In this document: one piece after another, positions 57,214-64,000 of the stretch | Layout of the letters: every line of letters starts with the position of its first letter | How positions within the stretch are numbered: the stretch's first letter is position 1 | NCBI GenBank assembly: GCA_965223845.1 | Contig: CBDCXR010000004.1 | Coordinates: 4,416,001 to 4,480,000 of the forward strand | Direction: 5' to 3' | Length of the DNA: 64,000 nucleotides | From: Planctomycetota bacterium | Lineage (GTDB): Bacteria; Planctomycetota; UBA8108; SXIK01 | The notes under the pieces: model-generated | What the model saw: only the letters and a program-made list of their open reading frames with translations | Databases searched by the model: none | What the model was told of the DNA's origin: nothing | Program-made: the position numbers and the translations under genes

Positions 57214-57309
57214 TCGGAGTCCTCGTTGTCAACGAATCGACGATCTCAGCGTTCATTTTGAACAAGGAACGTCGCCGGATCAACGGGAACGAGCTCGAGC
57301 GCTCTCGGG

Positions 57310-57360
57310 AAGAGGTTCACACGAAGTTCGCGAAGGAGCGCGAAGAGAGACGAAGGGGAG
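57310..57360 (+). repeat. Dispersed CGAAG-periodic repeat, copy 2 (followed by a purine tract including (GA)9 at 57407-57424)
   Basis: AAGAGGTTCACACGAAG-TTCGCGAAG-GAGCGCGAAG-AGAGACGAAG-GGGAG. Confidence 0.85.
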
Positions 57361-57616
57361 GAAGAGGGATCAGGAGATAAAAAGGGAACCGAGCGAGGCG
57401 GATTCGGAGAGAGAGAGAGAGAGAACGGCGACGCGGCCTTTCGGGAGCGCGGTTCAGCAGACTGCGTTGGCTCTCCCGCGCACGTTTCGCTCTTTTCCGA
57501 AAAATCACCGTACGGGGATCCGCGATTCCACTCGAGTGATCTCGACGTTGCGGGTGAGTCGATCCTCGGGCACGATGCGGCGGCTTCCCCCCACTCGACT
57601 CCCGGGAGAGCTCTCA

Positions 57617-59659
57617 ATGAAGCGAGATCGGTTGCGTTCGACGGGCGCGGTACTTGCCATCGTGCTCGGCGCTTCGCCGTCTCTGACGACCGCGAACGAT
57701 CGGGAGTTCATCCACCCGGGCCTTCTTCACAGCGCGGCCGACCTCGATCGCATTCGGTCGGGAGTCGCGGCGCGACACCGCGTGCTCTTTGACGCGTTCG
57801 CCAAGTTCTCGAAGGACGGTCCCTCGCAGGCGTCCTACCGACTCCGTGGCCCGTTCCCCGAGTGGGGACGAAAGCCGGACATCCGAGTTGGAGAAGCCGA
57901 AAGCGATGCGACCGCCGCGTACCAAAACGCGCTCATGTGGGCGGTCACCGGCGATCGCGCGCACGCACAGAAGTCGATCGAGATCGTGAATGCCTGGGTC
58001 TCGACCCTAAAGCGCGTGAGCGGAATCGACGGCGTGCTCGCCTCGGGTCTTCAGGGGTTCAAGTTCGCAAACGCCGCTGAGCTTCTCCGCCACACCGACT
58101 CCGGTTGGACGGCCGACGAGGCGAAGCGCTGTGAGCGCTGGTTCCTCGAGGTTTGGCATCCGACGATCGAGCACTACGCGTACTTCGCCAACGGAAACTG
58201 GGAGGGTGCTGCCCTACAGACCAAGATGGCGATCGCCGTTTTCTGCAATGATCATCGTCTGTTCGAAGAAGCGGTTCGTTACGCCGTAAGCGGAGCCGGA
58301 AACGGCAGCATTTCGCATACTGTCGTCTACCCCTCGGGACAAGCGCAGGAGACGACGAGGAAGCAAGGCTACGCGCAGCTCGGCCTCGGACTCCTCTCGT
58401 CCGCGGCGGAGGTCGCGTGGAATCAAGGCGTCGATCTCTACGGTTGGGACGACAATCGCATTCTCAAGGGATTCGAGTACACCGCAAAGTACGGACTGGG
58501 ACACGAAGTACCCTACCGTCACTACCTCGATCGCACCGGTAAGTACGGGTTCGGCGGGCGACACAATCACTACGACAAGATCTCCACGGACGGCCGCGGT
58601 CGCTTTCGTCCAATCTTCGAGCAACCGTTCCATCACTACGCCCATCGGCGGGGTCTCGAGGCACCCTACACCGGCGCCGTCGCCGCGAAACTCCGTCCCG
58701 AAGGCCGGAGCCGCGATCACTCGAGCCACGGGACGCTAGCGCACTTTCGCGAACGAGTCTCGCCGTCATCGCCGACTCAGCCTCCCGGCCGGCCCGCCGG
58801 GATCGTCGCGCGGACAACGGCGAAAGGGATCCTGCTCACGTGGGTTCGCTCGGTGGACCCGGCGAGCTGCACCGACGCCCGCAGCTATTCACTCAAGCGG
58901 GCGGACCGTCGAGACGGACCGTTCACGACCATCGTGTCCGAGACGACCGAAACGCAGTACATGGACGAGGACGTCGAACGCGGCCGGCTCTACTACTACG
59001 TCGTCGCTGCGCGCAACGAAGCAGGCGACCGTGGCGCGTCGGCCGTCGTCCCGGCGAGCGCCGGCCTGCCCGGTGAATGGAAGAGTCGCGACGTCGGTGC
59101 CGTCGGCGTGCCTGGCTACGCCAGATACGATGGGCGCGTCGTTTCGCTCGAGGGGGAAGGACGCTCGATCGGGGGGGCGGAAGATCAGTTCCACTTCGCC
59201 TACGCGTCGATGACGGGCGACGGCGAAATCTCCGCGCGCGTCGTTCCTCCGATGAGCTCCCAGTGGTCGACGCCCGGCGTCATGATGCGCGAGAGTCTCG
59301 CCGCGAACTCGCCGCAGGTGTCCGTGCTCCTCCTCCCCCACTGGAACGGCGCGCTCGTCTACCGATCAAAAACCGGGGGTGAGACGACAACTGCGGGAAG
59401 AACGTCGATCGACGAGCCATTCGTCGTAAACAAGAACCGGCTCATGAAGCCTTACTGGGTCCGATTGGTTCGAGTCGGGAACGTGTTCACAGGCTCCATC
59501 TCGTCCGATGGTCGCGAGTGGACGCCACTCGCGACGGCGGAGGTCGACATGAGCGAAACGATCCATGTCGGCCTCCCCGCCTGCTCGCAGCTCGAGAACG
59601 TAACGACGACGGTCACTTACGACCGCGTCAGCGTGCCCGGCTGGAGAATGCCGGAGTGA
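57617..59659 (+). CDS. Alginate-lyase family protein with FN3 and C-terminal beta-sandwich domains
   Basis: FIHPGLLHS, AAYQNALMW, ANAAELLR, NGNWE, GQAQETTRKQGY.QLG, AWNQGVDLY; FN3 LTW..Y..KR..YYYVVAA.N; DQFHFAY..MTGDG, YWVRLVR.GN.FTG.IS.DG..W. Confidence 0.85.
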   Translation: MKRDRLRSTGAVLAIVLGASPSLTTANDREFIHPGLLHSAADLDRIRSGVAARHRVLFDAFAKFSKDGPSQASYRLRGPFPEWGRKPDIRVGEAESDATAAYQNALMWAVTGDRAHAQKSIEIVNAWVSTLKRVSGIDGVLASGLQGFKFANAAELLRHTDSGWTADEAKRCERWFLEVWHPTIEHYAYFANGNWEGAALQTKMAIAVFCNDHRLFEEAVRYAVSGAGNGSISHTVVYPSGQAQETTRKQGYAQLGLGLLSSAAEVAWNQGVDLYGWDDNRILKGFEYTAKYGLGHEVPYRHYLDRTGKYGFGGRHNHYDKISTDGRGRFRPIFEQPFHHYAHRRGLEAPYTGAVAAKLRPEGRSRDHSSHGTLAHFRERVSPSSPTQPPGRPAGIVARTTAKGILLTWVRSVDPASCTDARSYSLKRADRRDGPFTTIVSETTETQYMDEDVERGRLYYYVVAARNEAGDRGASAVVPASAGLPGEWKSRDVGAVGVPGYARYDGRVVSLEGEGRSIGGAEDQFHFAYASMTGDGEISARVVPPMSSQWSTPGVMMRESLAANSPQVSVLLLPHWNGALVYRSKTGGETTTAGRTSIDEPFVVNKNRLMKPYWVRLVRVGNVFTGSISSDGREWTPLATAEVDMSETIHVGLPACSQLENVTTTVTYDRVSVPGWRMPE

Positions 59660-59662
59660 ACC

Positions 59663-59724
59663 CCAACGTTGCAAAAAACTGACGGCAAGAAACGCTTTCG
59701 CTCGCCATTTTCTTGCAACGTTGG
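59663..59724. terminator. Long inverted repeat between convergent genes (bidirectional terminator or REP-like element)
   Basis: CCAACGTTGCAA (59663-59674) and TTGCAACGTTGG (59713-59724) are perfect 12-bp arms, extendable inward by an A-tract/T-tract. Confidence 0.55.
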
Positions 59725-59735
59725 AGTGAATGCGC

Positions 59736-60275
59736 TCACGAATCCGGAGAGGGACCGCGTTCTCGCGTGGGGTTTCGGTTGTATTCCGCCGAGCCGCCGG
59801 GAGGGATGCTGAGGAATTTCCACCCCGGTCCGCGAATCTGCCTTCCGATCATCACCATCTGCCCGACGTGATAGCTAACGTGCGCGAGCGAACGACAGAG
59901 AGCGTGGTGAACCGTAAGCTCCTGACCGCGGATGCGGACGCACGAGAGAAGATGATCGTCCGACAGGTCGGACAGCGAACCGAAGAGAGTCTCCCACCCC
60001 ATGTCCCAACGCGCCGACAGCTCAGCGCGGTCGAGCTCGTCCGGCGCGAATTCCGACTCGCGATCGCGCCCGGGCTTCTCCCCGTCTGACGTGAGAAACT
60101 CCGTGAACCGCGACCGCAAATTGCCGGAGATGTGGCAAACGAGGATCTCGACGGAGTTCTGCCCAACTCCCGACCGCCAACCTAGCTCCTCGTCACTCAA
60201 CTGCCCGAGTACGCCGGCGCCGATCTCGCGGTAGCGCTGGAACTCGTTCTCGATGGATTCGACGAGCTTACGCAT
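59736..60275 (-). CDS. DinB superfamily protein (DUF1572-like)
   Basis: NS..ILVCHISGNLRSRFTEFLTSDGEKP.RDRESEF, RSLAHVSYHVGQ, W..LSIP.GGS..YN. Confidence 0.9.
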   Translation of the reverse strand: MRKLVESIENEFQRYREIGAGVLGQLSDEELGWRSGVGQNSVEILVCHISGNLRSRFTEFLTSDGEKPGRDRESEFAPDELDRAELSARWDMGWETLFGSLSDLSDDHLLSCVRIRGQELTVHHALCRSLAHVSYHVGQMVMIGRQIRGPGWKFLSIPPGGSAEYNRNPTRERGPSPDS

Positions 60276-60300
60276 TAGATTCGAAATCTCCCGACGAATC

Positions 60301-60352
60301 CTCCCCCTTCGTCTTCCTTCGCGACTCTTCGCGCCCTTCGTGTGAACCTCTT
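60301..60352 (-). repeat. Dispersed CGAAG-periodic repeat, copy 3
   Basis: Minus strand AAGAGGTTCACACGAAG-GGCGCGAAG-AGTCGCGAAG-GAAGACGAAG-GGGGAG; begins within the TAA stop of the upstream gene. Confidence 0.85.
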
Positions 60353-63300
60353 ACGGAAGAAGAGGCTCGACCTCGATCGCCGAAACCGTCGGGCCATCCG
60401 CGTCCCCCTGCACGAACTCGATGTCGAGCGCGTCGTCTTCGAGGTCGACCTCGAACGACTTCGTCTCCGTCTCGGCGAATTCGAGATGGTCGAGCGCGTC
60501 GTATCCTTCGAGCACGGTCTCGCCCTCGATGCGCACGTCGAACGTTCGCTGACCGGCCCTGAGGGCAAAGAACTCGCCGAGAGTGAGGGTGACGCGGTAC
60601 CGGCCGCGGGGGAGCGCGAAGCGATAGCTCCCCGCTGAATCCACGACTCCGAAGTATCGCTGTCGCGAGAGGAGACCTTCCTGGTCGCTTCCGGCGGCGG
60701 CTTCGGCGAACTTGCGATTCCGCCGGCCGCGGCTCGCGAAGCGATCCTTTCTCCAGAGCTTGCCGCTCGAATCGGTGAATTCGTCCCCGCCCGAGTTGAT
60801 GCGGATGGCTTTCTTCTCGGAGAGCTCGCGCGCGATCCAGGGACGCGCGCGCTCGTCGGCCTCGGCGACGCGACCTCGACGACGGAGGAAGTCATCCACG
60901 AGGCAGAAGAGATCGTCGAGCTTCTTCCGACTTTCTTCGTCGCTCCGATCGATGAGAAGCGCAGTGGCGCGATCGAGGCTGTTCACGTAGGCGCCAGCGA
61001 TTCCCAGTCGATGCAAAAGGTCGCCGCGGAAGCGCCACGCGTCTGGGTCCTTCTCGGTCGAGTCGCGCGCTTCTTCCTCGGAGAGCAAGCTCAGCCGGAT
61101 CGATGACTCCGCCGCGCGAAAGACGCGCGGCGGCAGGACGCCGCGAATCTCATCGAGAACCGCAGGGCGCTCCTCCGCCGCCGGAAGAAGTGACGCGAGA
61201 CCGGGACTCGCCGAAAGCTCGAGCCGAAGGAGGAGGTCGCTGCTCGCCGGATTCGCCTGATAGATCGCGGCGGCGAGCACGTTTTCACCTTCGCGGAGGC
61301 GTGCCGCGTCGAGGACGTGCTCATGGGTCTCTTGTTCGAGCAGCCCACTGATCGTCGAGAGGGAGCGCACATCCGTGCGTTCGAGCAGAGGTCCCTCCGG
61401 CATATTGCTCCGAAGAAACTCTTCCCCATTCAAGTAGAGCACGAGTCCGTCGTCGCGGAGGAACTTGGCGAGGATCTTCGTGCCCGCCGATAGAGCTTCC
61501 GGATTCACCCGGAAACGCGTTCGCGCCACGTACTTCGTACCTCCTCGCCTCAGCGTCGTCGCGACTCGCTGATCGCCGAAGCCGAGCGGTCCTTGGCCCA
61601 CGTTCCAGGCTTCGTCGTCGAACTCGGGTTTCGTCCAATCGCTCGGAGCGGCGCCTTCGTCGAGGTACGACCACTCCGCGTCCGCGGGAAGGAGCTCGAT
61701 CTCCGCCGCACCGTAAAGCGTCGGCGCCGACGCGAGCGATTCGATCGCGACCTTCGGGTCACGCGCTCGGGCGACAAAGTACTCCGCGAGGAGTAGAGCG
61801 AAAAGCCGCAGCTGCGCCGCGCGCGAGTCGTCCTCCACCGTGACGGCGGCCACGGCTTCGCCGAGGTGCGCGCGAAGATCGCCTGCCGCCGCATCGAGGC
61901 CGACCGTGCCGACGAGGTCCTCGAGGTCGGTGCGCGCGCCGTCCGGATCGCGTGCTTCGCGGCGGATTCGGATCTTCTCGCGAAACAGCTCGGCGATCTC
62001 TTCGGCGCTCGCTCTGCGACTGACCGCGTCAACGATGAGATTCTCGAGCGGAGTGAAGGGTAGATCCGTCGAGGCCTTCAGCCCGACCTCGGCGTGGAGC
62101 CCAGCCAGCACCAAGTCGCGCGGCGCCACGTCGGAGGCAATCTCGAGAAGACGACGCGCCATTTCAAGTCGTTCAGCCTCCATGTGCTCTCTCACCGCCC
62201 CGGCGATGCGCTTCGCGAAGAGCGTCCGCTCCTCGGACACGTCGCTCGCCGGGACGCGCGACAGAACTCGCGCGGCCGCCGTCCAGTTTTGCGCGTCCAC
62301 CAAGATCGACGCCAACGAACGGAGTGCCTCCGGCGGCAGCTCACTCTCCGAATCGGACGATCGCCAGACCGACAACAAGGATCGGTCCGAGCTCGGCGTT
62401 CGAACGAGCGCGGGGACTCCGATGAAATTCGTCTGCGTTCGCATGTTCACGTCCCGCGCGTCGATCCGAAAGTGCGTGAGAAACTCGCCGAGGCGCGGCG
62501 GCGCGGCGGCGAGAGCTTCGACGCGGCGAACGTGGATCGTCCCGCCGCGTTCGCAGATCGCGACGAGTCCCTCGGGGCCGAAATCGACGTAGCTTCCGTT
62601 CGCGTCGATGGCGACCTCCGCCCGGAGAGCTCCGGTGGCCACGGTCCAAATCTGAGCGTTCGGGCTGCTCTGACACACGGTCGCGAGGTACTGGCCGTCC
62701 GGGGAAAACGCCACATCGACCCAACCGCTCGTCGCGAGGGTCCGCGTGACGCGGAGCTCTCGGTCGGGGACGCTCCAGAACGAGACTCGTCCGCCTCCGC
62801 CTGCGGCAAGAACCTCTCCGTCCGGACTGTAGGCGATTCGCGTGATTCCGCTGCGCTCCCCGTCCACCAAGCGACCGATCTCCTCTCCGTCGGCGACGCG
62901 CCAGAGGATTAGGTGTCCGCTTTCGAGACCGGCGGCGATCGTGGTTCCGTCCGGCGAGTATTTCGCGGAAAAGGGTTCCCGCGATTCGAGGAAGGACTCG
63001 CGCGTCTCGCGGGCGATGTCCCAGACGACGACGCCCTCTGCCGTGGGAACGGCGAGACGCTTCGCATCGGGCGAGAATCCCATTCCCGGACTGTAGGATC
63101 CAGACGTCTCGGGGCCGCGGAAGCGCTCGCGAGTGTCGAGCTGCCAAATCGAAACTCCTTGAGCGCCGCGAATCGTTGCCGAGGCGACCCAGTTCCCGTC
63201 GCGCGACACCGCGAGTCCGGTGGCTTGCTCGGCGGCGAGAGTCTCCACGATTTTGCCGGTCGACGGATCCATGAGCCGAAGGCCGTCACCGCCGACGAGG

Positions 63301-64000
63301 AGCTGCTCACCTCCCTTCGCGAAGCGGCAGTTCCAGTAGCGTTGGGGTGGCTCAGCCCGATATCCCGACCTAAGGCCGCGTCCGGGGAGCTCCCAAATGC
63401 CGAGAGCCCCACTCTCGTCGCCCGTTGCGAGGAGCTGACCGTCAGGGGAGAACGCCAGGGATCGCACGTCTCCCGAGCTGGCGGTGAACGAGTGCTCGAC
63501 CTCGCTCGTCGCGACGCGCCGAACGACGACGAGACCCGCGTCGGTGTTGGCGATCCGCTGGCCGTCAGGGGAGAAGGCAATCTCACCCGCTCGCGACATC
63601 CGAATCGTGTGAGCCACGTCGACTTGGCCCTTCGCGTAGGAGAGAAGCGTCAGCTCTTGGGTGACGGGTGCGCCAAAGGCCAGTACCTCCCCGCTCGGCG
63701 AATACTCCAGACGAGTCGCCACGCCGCGGTGGGAAAAGACTTCGCTCCCGTCGTCCACGCCAACCGTCGACACGCTTCCCTCATTGAGTCCCGTGCGCCG
63801 ACTGTACGCGATCAGCGAACCCGAGGGATGGAACGCGAGCCGCCCCACCCGAGCGTTCGCGACGGGAAAGGATCTCGTGACTTCCAGCGTCTTGGCGTCG
63901 CGAAATTCGAGCGCGTCGACGAGAAGGCCCGCGATCAGCGATCCGTCGGGACTGAAGGCGAAGCTCTGGTACGCGAGTCCAAGTCTCCCCGTCACCTCTC
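60351..64000 (-). CDS. WD40-repeat protein with helical region, carbohydrate-binding-like jelly roll and C-terminal malectin domain; 5'-truncated by the window edge
   Basis: More than 10 (F/Y)SPDG WD40 units; WSYLD..W..PEFDD..W..GQGPLGFGD...DDGLVLYLNG domain; malectin IRINSGG..FTDSSG..W..D...G.R.FDV.IEG. The frame is open to the window end. Confidence 0.85.
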   Translation of the reverse strand, partial: EVTGRLGLAYQSFAFSPDGSLIAGLLVDALEFRDAKTLEVTRSFPVANARVGRLAFHPSGSLIAYSRRTGLNEGSVSTVGVDDGSEVFSHRGVATRLEYSPSGEVLAFGAPVTQELTLLSYAKGQVDVAHTIRMSRAGEIAFSPDGQRIANTDAGLVVVRRVATSEVEHSFTASSGDVRSLAFSPDGQLLATGDESGALGIWELPGRGLRSGYRAEPPQRYWNCRFAKGGEQLLVGGDGLRLMDPSTGKIVETLAAEQATGLAVSRDGNWVASATIRGAQGVSIWQLDTRERFRGPETSGSYSPGMGFSPDAKRLAVPTAEGVVVWDIARETRESFLESREPFSAKYSPDGTTIAAGLESGHLILWRVADGEEIGRLVDGERSGITRIAYSPDGEVLAAGGGGRVSFWSVPDRELRVTRTLATSGWVDVAFSPDGQYLATVCQSSPNAQIWTVATGALRAEVAIDANGSYVDFGPEGLVAICERGGTIHVRRVEALAAAPPRLGEFLTHFRIDARDVNMRTQTNFIGVPALVRTPSSDRSLLSVWRSSDSESELPPEALRSLASILVDAQNWTAAARVLSRVPASDVSEERTLFAKRIAGAVREHMEAERLEMARRLLEIASDVAPRDLVLAGLHAEVGLKASTDLPFTPLENLIVDAVSRRASAEEIAELFREKIRIRREARDPDGARTDLEDLVGTVGLDAAAGDLRAHLGEAVAAVTVEDDSRAAQLRLFALLLAEYFVARARDPKVAIESLASAPTLYGAAEIELLPADAEWSYLDEGAAPSDWTKPEFDDEAWNVGQGPLGFGDQRVATTLRRGGTKYVARTRFRVNPEALSAGTKILAKFLRDDGLVLYLNGEEFLRSNMPEGPLLERTDVRSLSTISGLLEQETHEHVLDAARLREGENVLAAAIYQANPASSDLLLRLELSASPGLASLLPAAEERPAVLDEIRGVLPPRVFRAAESSIRLSLLSEEEARDSTEKDPDAWRFRGDLLHRLGIAGAYVNSLDRATALLIDRSDEESRKKLDDLFCLVDDFLRRRGRVAEADERARPWIARELSEKKAIRINSGGDEFTDSSGKLWRKDRFASRGRRNRKFAEAAAGSDQEGLLSRQRYFGVVDSAGSYRFALPRGRYRVTLTLGEFFALRAGQRTFDVRIEGETVLEGYDALDHLEFAETETKSFEVDLEDDALDIEFVQGDADGPTVSAIEVEPLLP

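Noticed and set aside
57310-57430. CGAAG and GA periodicity as a CRISPR array
   Set aside because: The units are only 9-10 nt (or 2 nt), with no 25-45 nt unique spacers and no cas genes.
57131-57616. N-terminal extension of the alginate lyase ORF
   Set aside because: It overlaps the divergent gene start and translates the repeat/purine tract. The signal peptide starts at ATG 57617.
57310-60352. Inverted repeat copies flanking the alginate lyase and DinB genes as a composite transposon
   Set aside because: There is no transposase and no target-site duplication (flanks ctctcggg vs acggaaga), and a third copy lies elsewhere, so it is better explained as a dispersed repeat.

Overview
GC-rich bacterial window, most likely from Planctomycetota. 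This is inferred from the DUF1501 plus DUF1549/DUF1553 cytochrome pair, a PVC-type heme-binding protein, an ECF sigma factor with a very long C-terminal extension, and dockerin-like tails. It has about 33 genuine CDSs, mostly secreted hydrolases, lyases and beta-propellers (GH99-like, two sulfatases, two PL10 pectate-lyase fusions, alginate lyase, GGT, DmpA). Highlights: (1) a two-gene, translationally coupled unit encoding a TIR-STAND NTPase-TPR (NLR-like) protein and an unusual SAM-methyltransferase-fold protein, a candidate undescribed immune/signalling system; (2) a selenoprotein (peroxiredoxin-like UPFC) split by the ORF track, with a SECIS-like hairpin; (3) a CarH/LitR B12 photoreceptor-photolyase operon divergent from a DUF523-DUF1722 gene, with a TGTACA palindromic operator; (4) a ~50-bp dispersed CGAAG-periodic repeat in three copies; (5) a candidate structured RNA leader, plus a decayed four-helix-bundle gene and a probable frameshifted gene. 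No rRNA, tRNA, CRISPR array or transposase was recognised. All family calls come from motif recognition by eye, not database searches.
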